In this document: positions 20,901-29,378 of the stretch, piece after piece
Layout: every line of letters starts with the position of its first letter
How positions within the stretch are numbered: the stretch's first letter is position 1
IMG/VR virus record: IMGVR_UViG_3300050132_000038
Coordinates: 1-64,000 of that record
Length of the DNA stretch: 64,000 nucleotides
Strand: one strand, 5' to 3'
Position numbers and translations under genes: made by a program
The notes under the pieces: generated by a model
The model's input: the letters and a program-made list of their open reading frames with translations, nothing else
Database searches by the model: none
What the model was told of the DNA's origin: nothing

Positions 20901-22493
20901 GGGTACCCAGCCCTTGGTTACACCCTGATCTGTAGCCGCTCTACGATTGGTTCTATCCTGTGCTTTGAGTACCTCAAAATCAGAGGAGTACTCAACCACC
21001 AGTATTAACCATGCCAAGTTCTCCATAACGTAGGACACCGAGTAACGAGCGTACACTGCGTCTAAGTTGGAGAGTACCGCACCCTTGATAGTCTTAAAGT
21101 AACGAGCAATAGGGCGGAAAGGACCATATCCAAGACGATCAGAGCTTATGTCCGCAAATGTAACAGGATGGCCTTCATCTTTCTCAAAGCGGCTAGCCCA
21201 GTAGGCGAACCACTGATCTAAGTTGTCTTCGACGCCCGCCTGTGGTAGATTCGCAAAACCCTCTACGTCTGAGGCAAGGACCTTAAAGGATGCAGGATGC
21301 ACGTTAGCAGGAACACCAAGTGCAGCGATACGTGCTATATTCTTGTCCGTGACAATACGTTCTTGTAGGAGCGCCCTTATGTGTGAGACGTCGGCTGCTT
21401 GATACCGAGTAAGGTCTTCTACCTCAAGAAAGCCTGAGGTGTTAGTATAGCTGTACTTGTTATTAACCCAGTCGATCAATACTGGAATGTTAGGCGGCAA
21501 CTTCTGTTTAACTTCTGAGCCAGCCTCCATAGCAGAAGCGCCCTCGTTAATATCTACGAGAGCATAACTGCCATCAGCGCGCGTCCCCGCCTGGGTATAG
21601 CGGTCTTCGTACTGAAGAGTTTGATTCAGTTCCTTAGGAAGATAGACAGGGCGCCCCTTAGGGGTAATAGAAATCCCGTCTTTGTTAATGCGTGCATATT
21701 GCGTATGAGACTTAGGCAGAGTAGCAGCGATCTTAGAGATAGGGAATGCTACAAAGGGGGCCAATCCTTCTGAACCGAAACCCGTCGTTACCCACTGCAA
21801 CAGCATAGGGTAAAGGTCAATATCACGCAACTCAATCCAGTGCGTGGAGGTCAGCTGCTGTGCTTCTTCCTTGGAAATCTTAAAGTCTGCGTAAATAACA
21901 GCCAACCCACCTTTAACCTTAACACGAATTCCTAGAAGACAGGCTTGCAATGCAACCTTAGCCCTAGCGTCTAAACCACTAATGCTCGAAATAACTCGGG
22001 AAGCAGGGATCTCTACGCTCATTGGAATAGTAGGATCACCTTCATCCTTCAAGCGTTGCTGCAACTCCGTCATGTTCTGATGATGCTCAGGAGTTGACTC
22101 AGGAATCTCCTTGGCAAACGCATAGCCCAATAAATTTTGTTCAAGCAACTGACTCAGGGGTCCTTGGCTATTCTTATTGAAAGCGAACAGTGGAACGGAT
22201 ACTCGAAAGTACGGATCAGCACCCATCACCTTCTTGATGGTCAGGTACCCAGCAGGCGTGGTGTCCATTACGAACTTGGTTGCCTTACGAATACCCTGTC
22301 GTACACTACCGAGGCGCTTATCATTGCCAATAGAAGGGAGCAGTGAGCATGCCCACAACTTGGTCATGAACAGGATTTCCGGGCCACTGTATAGTGCGCG
22401 GTAGATGTAGAAGAAGTTGCTCTGTAGCGCCTGCTTATCCAGCTGCAAACTCTCAGGGACAACTAGGTTGGTAGTTGGTCTCAACTCGGCCAT
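17916..22493 (-). CDS. Large SNF2/SWI2-family helicase/ATPase
   Basis: Walker A QAGGGKS, Walker B LDEAH, ASGT, KVLVF, EGLNFQ, WNPG..EQ..SRINR. Confidence 0.88.
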   Translation of the reverse strand: MAELRPTTNLVVPESLQLDKQALQSNFFYIYRALYSGPEILFMTKLWACSLLPSIGNDKRLGSVRQGIRKATKFVMDTTPAGYLTIKKVMGADPYFRVSVPLFAFNKNSQGPLSQLLEQNLLGYAFAKEIPESTPEHHQNMTELQQRLKDEGDPTIPMSVEIPASRVISSISGLDARAKVALQACLLGIRVKVKGGLAVIYADFKISKEEAQQLTSTHWIELRDIDLYPMLLQWVTTGFGSEGLAPFVAFPISKIAATLPKSHTQYARINKDGISITPKGRPVYLPKELNQTLQYEDRYTQAGTRADGSYALVDINEGASAMEAGSEVKQKLPPNIPVLIDWVNNKYSYTNTSGFLEVEDLTRYQAADVSHIRALLQERIVTDKNIARIAALGVPANVHPASFKVLASDVEGFANLPQAGVEDNLDQWFAYWASRFEKDEGHPVTFADISSDRLGYGPFRPIARYFKTIKGAVLSNLDAVYARYSVSYVMENLAWLILVVEYSSDFEVLKAQDRTNRRAATDQGVTKGWVPPSIPLLSPVVGMLPHQIKVRNLLKDSPDFAILPVQAGGGKSVIILTDVLYEIKANRSQPYLILCPGHLVANYVKEIVFFTGGKLNVIAINSYAFVQNGLPRLKAMLEKAPRNTVVVADYDVLKWRQRALCYGTTPTTIFPAIDFLRQFGFGYVALDEAHKVKNDTARTRATMSLITDIPKKRLASGTMAHDSPSDLAMQIATIDPTLFGTRDEFNLRYGAEVQGNRVIAWKPGAQQEIMRKIKSRIVVAGAMRKEWAALLPKKTEWIKGVNLTDAQYSVYNDILDGIIDRIKEDAKKNKALQKFVNPEAEGTDGEEGEDEVKDEDAGEDMANLLKPYLARLEQFMIAPASDILGDRVLKGADRVSPKAQLMVDRVKLHIDKGYPGKVLVFTNYVESAEELYRLAGPELQKMGILYKAGNKDVDGDRFEKDDRIKWMVGVEQSMNEGLNFQFASRLLRGENPWNPGTLEQGDSRINRPELKKIEGRAEIFYDYILANRSIDITKMSRLISKVIAVAKFENTDNPEYESIPDVPIIKMSLDNIQTMNDWEENLTEYNEAFGQYKGVRNDEYEAFKVAYRAAHNGEDPKLTPLTVAETPPDAKLMSRVPYPPGLDLYGTKEAGLVRLDQYLGKPEEADTGRDEEEDEPEVEEGEETPEQLRLKALYQSMKGKAVHTEFGDGILHSVGTGKRVPVDLFSGFTAMVRKSSVFVITRTESSTKDIRNELLKKIGDLPIDTPIDVPANIFKQSSRALKLAQERNKKVVIKKELKKHKELVESLNAQLQFTIVNGFLGISYFVNGEGDSVAKALQAIGFRPDPLFYCAKMPKALRLKRQLDLWQEKGFRPDPAILKSGAREGFAQLYNLLKAEKIKSHKDVYQLTTSAKLQNFYRMEHKPSNDSKMFKPYPLIEDGIAYIALPIQGQTASKAAIKVKALNVVWQTSAPTLSFFGSPQQLEAKIAQITEAGITVSTLMDLTKELKGLKKLSIRGSDKDKDLEV

Positions 22494-22573
22494 TATAACT
22501 ACTCCGTGAATGGATGAATAAAATGTAGCTGTTCAACCATGAAATTGGGTATCTGGTACTGTGAAGAAACGAC

Positions 22574-22609
22574 AAAAGCCCTTTCCAACTTCTTAGGTCG
22601 GAAAGGGCT
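22574..22609 (-). terminator. Intrinsic terminator
   Basis: AGCCCTTTCC..GGAAAGGGCT stem followed by T-tract on the minus strand. Confidence 0.75.
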
Positions 22610-22657
22610 GGGTGCTATCAGGTACGAGATGCATACCCCCTATTTACAGGAGTAGAA

Positions 22658-23059
22658 TCAGGCAGCAGGAGCTGCCACAGGTTGAGTAGCTACCGGTGCA
22701 ACAACGGCCGGAGCAACAGCTACAGGGGCAACGACAGGTGCTACTGGAGCAACTACAACTGGAGCAACAGCTACGGGTGCGGCTACCGGTTGAGCAACAG
22801 CTACAGGTTCAACTGCTACAGGAGCAACTTTCACAGCTACAACAACCGGAACCACGGCAACAGGCAGGATTGCCTTTTTCCGAACAATCAAAGCTTCGAC
22901 GGACGAGATGTCCGTCTTTGCCTTAGTGACCAACGTGTTGAGTAGGCTGGGGTTCTTAACCAAGACAAAGCGGTAGATAAGTATACCGGCAACCGCACCA
23001 ACAACGAATACTGGGATTGCCGACAGAGCGGAAGTAATGGAGGGGAGGAAACTAAACAT
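22658..23059 (-). CDS. Membrane-anchored protein with Val/Ala/Pro repeats
   Basis: N-terminal hydrophobic helix; C-terminal half is VAPV/VAVAP repeats. Confidence 0.6.
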   Translation of the reverse strand: MFSFLPSITSALSAIPVFVVGAVAGILIYRFVLVKNPSLLNTLVTKAKTDISSVEALIVRKKAILPVAVVPVVVAVKVAPVAVEPVAVAQPVAAPVAVAPVVVAPVAPVVAPVAVAPAVVAPVATQPVAAPAA

Positions 23060-23108
23060 AGTGATTCTCCTAAGTTGAAGCTCGATGAGCCTAGGTTGCT
23101 ACTGAGTG

Positions 23109-23831
23109 TTAAATCAAACGATGTAATACTTTCAAAGGGCGGTGGGTGCGAAGTACTGGCATCCAAAGTACGTCCAAAACAAACTTCTCCAACTCTGCTT
23201 GTGAGGGTGTACCGGACGTCGGAACATCAGGGAACATTGAGCATTCGATCTCATATCCGATGTGCCAGCGTGTAGGTGAGTAGCCGCCGTGCTCACCGTT
23301 GATAACAAACATAGTGACGCCGTTGCCGAGGGGCTTAACCCACTTACCGTCTGGGCGACGAACGCTGTTGAAGTGGGGATACGGCATTTTCTGCAACCAC
23401 TGCTCGAACGAGGGATCAGTGATCGTAGCCTTGGCGTACACTACGATATTGAATCCATCGTGCGTTACATGCACTGAGCGGTGGCTCTTGGTCAACTTCA
23501 CTTCATCGAACAGACCAGATCGATTGATGTACTTCACAACCATCATTCGAGCTTCCTTCAAGAAGTCCGAGATCTGATCGTTACGAGACTGGTGGAGTGT
23601 CTGGAAGGGAAAGAGGTCTTGGATTTCGCACAACTCAACGTAACGCTTCAAGCACAATGCCCACGTCTCAGGCACACTAGCAGTCGGTGGAGTTTCTGCA
23701 ACAGCGGTGCCCCATACACTCTTGTTATTCAGGTTAAGCGCAGATGGAAATGTTTCAGGAGTGGGGTTCCTCGCCTGTACAAGAGGAGGGACGCCCAAGT
23801 TGCTGAGGAAGGGCGTATCGGTAGTAGCCAT
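23109..23831 (-). CDS. Hypothetical protein (late block)
   Basis: 240-aa ORF tightly packed with neighbours. Confidence 0.55.
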   Translation of the reverse strand: MATTDTPFLSNLGVPPLVQARNPTPETFPSALNLNNKSVWGTAVAETPPTASVPETWALCLKRYVELCEIQDLFPFQTLHQSRNDQISDFLKEARMMVVKYINRSGLFDEVKLTKSHRSVHVTHDGFNIVVYAKATITDPSFEQWLQKMPYPHFNSVRRPDGKWVKPLGNGVTMFVINGEHGGYSPTRWHIGYEIECSMFPDVPTSGTPSQAELEKFVLDVLWMPVLRTHRPLKVLHRLI

Positions 23832-23833
23832 GA

Positions 23834-24304
23834 TTACTTAGCAGTGGCAAGCAAACGAGCTGATGCACCCAACTTCAGAGGAGCTAATCCATCGCTATAC
23901 AGCATCTCCTGACTAGCAATACCCGAACCTGTATCACCGACACTCACTCCGTCGTTCAACGTCGTGTCCTGCAGACGTTGAGTTGATGTATCAGAAGCAG
24001 GAGCTCCGTCATTAAGCAGCAGGTCATCAGTTTGAGTAACGTTAGGATCATAGTCACCGTCCAGTACTTGTTGGGCATCGCTGAGACCTACATCACCTTG
24101 CCCGCCACCGATACTTTCTACGTCTACTTCTGCATCGGCCAGCACTTCTTCTGACTCAGCAAGCATGGAGTAGCTGATTGCTTCGAGCGTAGCATGATCT
24201 ACTCCGCAGGCGCCCGCTAGTGCATGGAATTGATCATCAGATGGATCGGGATTAACTTTAAGAAACAGAGCTATAAGCTCTTGGAGTTGCTGTTCATTTT
24301 CCAT
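23834..24304 (-). CDS. Acidic protein with C-terminal tag variant
   Basis: Ends LKLGASARLLATAK. Confidence 0.6.
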   Translation of the reverse strand: MENEQQLQELIALFLKVNPDPSDDQFHALAGACGVDHATLEAISYSMLAESEEVLADAEVDVESIGGGQGDVGLSDAQQVLDGDYDPNVTQTDDLLLNDGAPASDTSTQRLQDTTLNDGVSVGDTGSGIASQEMLYSDGLAPLKLGASARLLATAK

Positions 24305-24320
24305 TGTGAATCCTTATTTA

Positions 24321-24575
24321 TTACGTTAGGCCAGGGAACGTAATACCAGCAGGCCGTGTCTTCTTTCCCTTGTACTCTACAAGTTCTGGTAAGCGGTACA
24401 TAGATCGCACACCTCCGCCTACGTCTACCATAGCGACTTCTTCTTTACGCGCTACTTTAATATCGAGTACAGTTCCAATATACTCGTCGGGGTTTCGGGC
24501 TTCTGCTACTTTCATTCCAGGCTGTACCTTTGTAGCAGCTAGTAGTCGAGAGGCCGCATTAAGTTGTATCTGCAT
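24321..24575 (-). CDS. Small SH3/KOW-like protein with LNAAxRL tag
   Basis: MQIQLNAASRLLAA, then VQPGMKV..YIGTV. Confidence 0.65.
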   Translation of the reverse strand: MQIQLNAASRLLAATKVQPGMKVAEARNPDEYIGTVLDIKVARKEEVAMVDVGGGVRSMYRLPELVEYKGKKTRPAGITFPGLT

Positions 24576-24892
24576 TATTTACCTCGGGCTCGCATTAGGT
24601 GAGTATGGCGTCGATTATGGCAGTCCTCACAAATGTGTAGGAGGTTACTTATTAGGTTCGCACCACCCTTTGAGAGCGGTACTATGTGGTGGCAGTCCTT
24701 AGCGGGAGCGTTACACCGCACACCATTAATACGCGCCTCGCACTTTCCTCCAGATCGCTTACGGACTGCAGCACTAATTTCCCACCAGCCCGCTTTTACC
24801 GACATACCGCTCTGGGTATTGTACGAGTCTCGCCTAATAGTAGCCACGCCGAACGCGTTTCTCTTAGCTGGTCTTGTCCGACGTGCCCACAT
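24575..24892 (-). CDS. HNH endonuclease
   Basis: C..C, DCHHIVPLSKGG..SNL..ICEDCHNRRH. Confidence 0.88.
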   Translation of the reverse strand: MWARRTRPAKRNAFGVATIRRDSYNTQSGMSVKAGWWEISAAVRKRSGGKCEARINGVRCNAPAKDCHHIVPLSKGGANLISNLLHICEDCHNRRHTHLMRARGK

Positions 24893-24905
24893 TTCAAACT
24901 CCTAA

Positions 24906-25403
24906 TTAAGCAGTGATAACGACAGGTGCAGTGACAGTGACTTCATGCTCGATCAGTCCGTGCACCATAGGAACAACAGTAGCCGTGTAAGTACCGGCCG
25001 TCTCGTAGGTGTACGTAGTAGTCGGGGTCATCGTAGTAACTAGTGCAGAACCATCACCGAAGTTCCAAACGAACGACTGACCGTTATCGTTCGTCTCGGT
25101 GAGAGTAAACGTCACCAGCGTAGGGCCTGTACCAGTTAGAGGGGTTGCAGCCAGGGTAGCCATGTAGTTCTCGGCACCCACTGCATTAGTAATCTGTTGA
25201 GGCATCTCGCCAGGGAAGGCAAACCCGTAGCCGGCCTTGTACTTATTGGCAGTGTAGCCGCCAGTAGCGAACGAGTCGCTAATAAGGAAAGTTGACCAGG
25301 AGGCTACGTCTACGTTGGTCCAGTTATCACCTGCAGAAACAGGAAGACCAACCTTAGCCATAGCGGTTTTGGCATTAGTGTATGAGACAGGTACTTGGGC
25401 CAT
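24906..25403 (-). CDS. PKD-domain virion surface protein
   Basis: WNFGDG...YTYETAGTYTATV PKD signature; start moved to ATG 25403 (AGGAG RBS). Confidence 0.78.
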   Translation of the reverse strand: MAQVPVSYTNAKTAMAKVGLPVSAGDNWTNVDVASWSTFLISDSFATGGYTANKYKAGYGFAFPGEMPQQITNAVGAENYMATLAATPLTGTGPTLVTFTLTETNDNGQSFVWNFGDGSALVTTMTPTTTYTYETAGTYTATVVPMVHGLIEHEVTVTAPVVITA

Positions 25404-25445
25404 GCGTATAGCTCCTAAACGGGTGAGCCTAGACCCACCCAAGGT

Positions 25446-25826
25446 TTAAACTGAAAAGAAAATACGAAGATCGTTGTTGAGCTTCTGGAGGACCAAACCC
25501 TTCGTACCCTTGAGCGCAAAGCTTGAACGTTCAAAGATGCCGGGTTGAATGTGCAACTGATACCCAAGATCGTTAAGGATCTCTGAACAGAGCTCGGCCT
25601 CCTCAACCACGTCTCCTCGATTGCTCTTATGATACAAGTGGTTCTTGGACAGCGTGAAGAACACGTTTACCTTACGAAGTTGCTGCTCAATCTTCTGTAA
25701 ATCAGGGTCGCGTGTTTGGTCGAAGGCTGCCTCTAATGGTACATTGGCAACTGCCGGGGTTTGTACATTCGTGCTTGAACGAAGTTCTGAATCCCTAAGC
25801 CGGTATGCGGCGCGCAAATCAAACAT
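25446..25826 (-). CDS. Hypothetical protein with tag variant
   Basis: Likely start MFDLRAAYRLRDS at 25826; the ORF-track start at 26021 is uncertain. Confidence 0.5.
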   Translation of the reverse strand: MFDLRAAYRLRDSELRSSTNVQTPAVANVPLEAAFDQTRDPDLQKIEQQLRKVNVFFTLSKNHLYHKSNRGDVVEEAELCSEILNDLGYQLHIQPGIFERSSFALKGTKGLVLQKLNNDLRIFFSV

Positions 25827-25908
25827 TCTATGGGTCTCACTATCTCGATTACTTTTTTCACCCTTCAGAAATACTATCAAGAATACTAGCACCTCTTTAG
25901 GGCGGCTA

Positions 25909-25956
25909 TGTTTGTTACTCAGTGAGGCTAGGTGTTTGTTTCTCAGTAAGGCTAGG
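25909..25956. repeat. Tandem 24-bp direct repeat (2 copies, 2 mismatches)
   Basis: tgtttgttactcagtgaggctagg / tgtttgtttctcagtaaggctagg. Confidence 0.85.
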
Positions 25957-26056
25957 GTACCGCTCAGAACAGCTATCAATGAAGCTAACCAGCTTAGGGA
26001 CTCTCGGAGCTGGACTACCACTCAATCTTGCTATTCATTGAAATGAAATTGTAGAC

Positions 26057-26455
26057 TTAGTGCGGAGTATCATCACCTCCATCTCGATCTCCGCCGCCGT
26101 CATTATGCTTACCGTTCTCGTCCCGAATGGTTAGGAATCGGTCCAGTGTGTTAGCACCTGCCCATACTGCCATGTAGATGCTGAAGTAGGCTTCGGTTAG
26201 TTTATCGTGCAGCACCAACACGATTAGTCCCCACGAGGAGATTACCAGAGCGGTGAATTGCCCTAGCTGATGGATAGATGGTTGTTTAGTTACCGGGTCA
26301 ACTATCAGTGCCCGAAGGTCGAAGTTGTCTTTCTTGTACTGCGCGTAGATCAGCACGCCTACACCTGCTGCTATAATTACCAGGAGTAAGGTGGCCAGAG
26401 TATTGTTTACCAGCGCGGCTAATAGTTGTTGTAGTGCCGTTGCGAGATCGGCCAT
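26057..26455 (-). CDS. Multi-pass membrane protein, holin-like
   Basis: Three hydrophobic segments, charged C-terminus, strong AGGAGG RBS. Confidence 0.5.
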   Translation of the reverse strand: MADLATALQQLLAALVNNTLATLLLVIIAAGVGVLIYAQYKKDNFDLRALIVDPVTKQPSIHQLGQFTALVISSWGLIVLVLHDKLTEAYFSIYMAVWAGANTLDRFLTIRDENGKHNDGGGDRDGGDDTPH

Positions 26456-26510
26456 GACAGCCTCCTTTCTTTTTGAATCTCAATGGGGCTATATGCTATA
26501 TTTACAATAA

Positions 26511-28037
26511 TCAGAATAGCTGACCGTAGCCTCTGCCGTATCTACCCCACATGGTAACAGGAGAGATCGTAATACCCACTGCACCGATAGCGCCGTGCTG
26601 TAGCATAGTCGGATCGGTGGAGCCATCGCCCCCCATCACCCCACGCATTACCAAGTTCTGCTTCAACGCCTTCAGCTCATTGTCCAACCTCGACTGAATC
26701 TTAGAGATAGCAGCATCGAACCCTGCTGTACGATCAATGTCCAAGGTAATAGCAGCACCCTGGAACTGGAATGCCTTCTCTGCTTCTGCCGTTACCTGCG
26801 ATTCCAGAGCAAACATCTCAGCGTGCATCAACCAGTATTCACGGATGACCCCTAAGGCATTGGTGAAGCTGAAGTTGGTGAATACCCCGTACGCACCGTT
26901 GAAAGCATCCGCACCCCGACGCAACCAAGTCATGATCGTTTGGTTAGGGTACAGCATGTCAGGAGTACCATACAGCGTAGTGTTCGCCTTGTTGATCTTC
27001 GACCGTACATCAGTAATAGCTGTCATCATAGATGCATTGATAACGAACAGGTCTGCTGATTCCTGGTAGACGAGCGAGGCTTGTGACGAATACCAATACT
27101 TCCAGATCACAGTGTAGGGGACAAGGGATACCATCAACTGCTGGGTGTCGATGACCCCTGCGTAGTACCAACCATTAGCAGTACGTTCTGAGTTACCAAT
27201 AAGGGACGGGGCTGCTACCTGTACACCGCCAGCCCACAATTCGACGGTGACGTTATCGTACAGCTGATCTAGTACAATCGATAGGTTAGCAGGGCTGCCT
27301 TGCAGTTCAACTGTAGACTGCGTGCCCAAAGGTACCGTATTCAACCCTACTACACGGATGTTCTCGTAGGAGAAGAAAGCATTCTGCGATACCTGACCTT
27401 GCAGTGGATCATTTTGCAGGTTCTGTACCTGCGGGAGTTCTAACGTATATCGAAGTTGATACCGTTGGTTATCTAAGCTAGGTGGTACTGTAGAGGGCAC
27501 TGTGATAACTGCGTTAGCTAGGACTGTGTTAGCCAAACCGTTCGACTGTACCAAATAGTTGTAGGCGTTACCTGCTGCGTACACTGTGCCGTCTGAGGCT
27601 AAGAGTTCCCAGGTTACAAAGCCTCCACGTGGGTCAATAGTAGCAGGGAAGCTAAAGATAGCAGTACCAATTGCTGCCATGCCTGCTTGGATTTCATCAA
27701 CCAGGTCGGTGAACGCCTGCGGATTCTGTGTGGCGTACGGTACAAATAATTCATCCTGAACTGTGACTGCTACCTGAGCTGTGAGCACCCGAGCATTAGT
27801 AGTAGCCAGAATCTGGAAGCCGTAAGCAGTACCAGCAATACCACCGGATAACAGGATCTGCGTTACAGGATTAGCACCTGACTGCAAGACTGCTGTGAGC
27901 GGTGGAGCAGTAGTCGGTGTTACCGCAGTCAATACTATGCTGGTGATCGTTTCACCTGGAGCAAGCATAGACGTTAGGTTTGGTGCGACTAATGTATTCT
28001 CTGTGGGCTGTGCAAAATAGACGAATGTATTGTTCAT
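26511..28037 (-). CDS. Putative virion head/neck structural protein
   Basis: Beta-rich N-terminal domains plus a helical C-terminal domain reminiscent of head-tail adaptors; in the late block. Confidence 0.5.
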   Translation of the reverse strand: MNNTFVYFAQPTENTLVAPNLTSMLAPGETITSIVLTAVTPTTAPPLTAVLQSGANPVTQILLSGGIAGTAYGFQILATTNARVLTAQVAVTVQDELFVPYATQNPQAFTDLVDEIQAGMAAIGTAIFSFPATIDPRGGFVTWELLASDGTVYAAGNAYNYLVQSNGLANTVLANAVITVPSTVPPSLDNQRYQLRYTLELPQVQNLQNDPLQGQVSQNAFFSYENIRVVGLNTVPLGTQSTVELQGSPANLSIVLDQLYDNVTVELWAGGVQVAAPSLIGNSERTANGWYYAGVIDTQQLMVSLVPYTVIWKYWYSSQASLVYQESADLFVINASMMTAITDVRSKINKANTTLYGTPDMLYPNQTIMTWLRRGADAFNGAYGVFTNFSFTNALGVIREYWLMHAEMFALESQVTAEAEKAFQFQGAAITLDIDRTAGFDAAISKIQSRLDNELKALKQNLVMRGVMGGDGSTDPTMLQHGAIGAVGITISPVTMWGRYGRGYGQLF

Positions 28038-28567
28038 GCTTTCACCTTAAAGTAAAAATTCCCTCTAAGTTTATTTATAGGTTTACCTTTTACAATAGGT
28101 ATTGTATCGGTACCCCAAGAGAAATCCACAGGTACCTGAAGATGATCTAGTAGTTCCACTGAATAGTACTTAGATACGGATCTCCAGGTTCTAACTGCCA
28201 TTATACCTATAATGCTTGAACTTTGAAGTTCACCTAGAACATGAATAGCTGCTAGATATAGTACAAGACCTAAATGTCGTCCCCTGTATTCTTCTTCGAT
28301 AAAAACACTGATAACCATGTTGCCTTTGGCCGTCGTAGACAATATTCCAATTATTCTATCTCTATCTTTTAAGAAAAAGTCACGAGAATAAGTCAACTTC
28401 AGGTAGTATAAGGACAAACCTTCTTTTGTGCCAAGTGGTACAGCAGGCTTAGTTTTCAATCGTTTTTCAAGAAACTCTACGTCTCGATCAAATTCTAGTT
28501 GAGTGTAGTTCTCTCGCATCCTAATAGGCATAGACTCTACGAGCCTAGAGGCTGCATTTAATTGCAT
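28034..28567 (-). CDS. GNAT-family acetyltransferase with LNAAxRL tag
   Basis: MQLNAASRLVES; acetyl-CoA motif VFIEEEYRGRHLG..LY; visibly more AT-rich than its neighbours. Confidence 0.72.
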   Translation of the reverse strand: MQLNAASRLVESMPIRMRENYTQLEFDRDVEFLEKRLKTKPAVPLGTKEGLSLYYLKLTYSRDFFLKDRDRIIGILSTTAKGNMVISVFIEEEYRGRHLGLVLYLAAIHVLGELQSSSIIGIMAVRTWRSVSKYYSVELLDHLQVPVDFSWGTDTIPIVKGKPINKLRGNFYFKVKA

Positions 28568-28659
28568 GTCGTTTCACCTGGAGCAAGCATAGGCGTTAGG
28601 TTCGGAGCTACTAATGTGTTTTCTGTTGGCTGTGCGAAGTAGACAAATGTGTTGTTCAT
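28558..28659 (-). pseudogene. Truncated duplicate of the first 30 codons of 26511..28037
   Basis: Translates MNNTFVYFAQPTENTLVAPNLTPMLAPGETTCN*; 28570..28659 vs 27948..28037 differ at 11 of 90 nt. Confidence 0.88.
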
Positions 28660-29378
28660 TTTTCAATTCCCTTCAGGTACTCTGAAACCTTAAGAGGGGT
28701 ATTAGTCTCTGAGACTACGGCTAGTATGTTGTCTCTGCTAACGTGGGACACACCTGGCCCCTGAACCACTACCTCTTTCTGATCGTGGGAAAATGGATCA
28801 TCCAGGACAGTACGTATGAACTTTTTATCTATATAGAACAGAGCTGACGGTGGCGTATGAATAGCTAATATAATTCCGATCTGTTCTAAAGGTGTATCCC
28901 AGGTGACGTTGGCGTACTTCAATGCAACTTTAGGATCTGAGGTCCAGGATGAAAGAACAGCGGGCTCTACTTTCAACGGCTTGCCGTTTAGGATCTTTGT
29001 CAGCGCGGTCTCAGGGATAAGCAACCCTCGATACACTACCTTCGGTAGTGTACTACGGTAGCTTTCTCTAACGACGTGGAAAGCTTTTAGGGCATCCTGC
29101 ATTTGCGCGGAGGTGAATCTACCAGAACCGCCACTTATCCACTGCTGTATAGTATGTGAAACCCATTCAGGGAGGGGTTCAGCTGCAGCTAACAGCCTGT
29201 GTGCGGCGTTCAGCTTGACGCCTGATACTCCTATAGATGGCTGAACTAACGTGTTGTTAATGCCGTTACCCCAGATGTCAGGATCGCCAATTGATAGTTC
29301 CCCATCTGCTATTGGGGCAGTCTCACCTGTTCTGTGCCTAGGTGCGTGCATTGCTTTTGTCTCTTTCATATTAGCCAT
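28656..29378 (-). CDS. ADP-ribosyltransferase-like protein (R-S-E clade) with internal tag
   Basis: VVYRGL, LSSWTSD and DQKEVVV match the R/STS/QxE arrangement; VKLNAAHRLLAA precedes the domain. Confidence 0.65.
   Translation of the reverse strand: MANMKETKAMHAPRHRTGETAPIADGELSIGDPDIWGNGINNTLVQPSIGVSGVKLNAAHRLLAAAEPLPEWVSHTIQQWISGGSGRFTSAQMQDALKAFHVVRESYRSTLPKVVYRGLLIPETALTKILNGKPLKVEPAVLSSWTSDPKVALKYANVTWDTPLEQIGIILAIHTPPSALFYIDKKFIRTVLDDPFSHDQKEVVVQGPGVSHVSRDNILAVVSETNTPLKVSEYLKGIEK

Noticed and set aside
22630-22646. AATAG(A)GGGGTATGC similarity between 22.63 kb and the hairpin at 10.12-10.14 kb as a small antisense RNA
   Set aside because: The match is only ~14 nt and imperfect, too short to distinguish from chance.
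24575-24892. HNH gene as a mobile intron or homing element
   Set aside because: No interrupted host gene or intron structure is visible; it is a small free-standing HNH in the late block.
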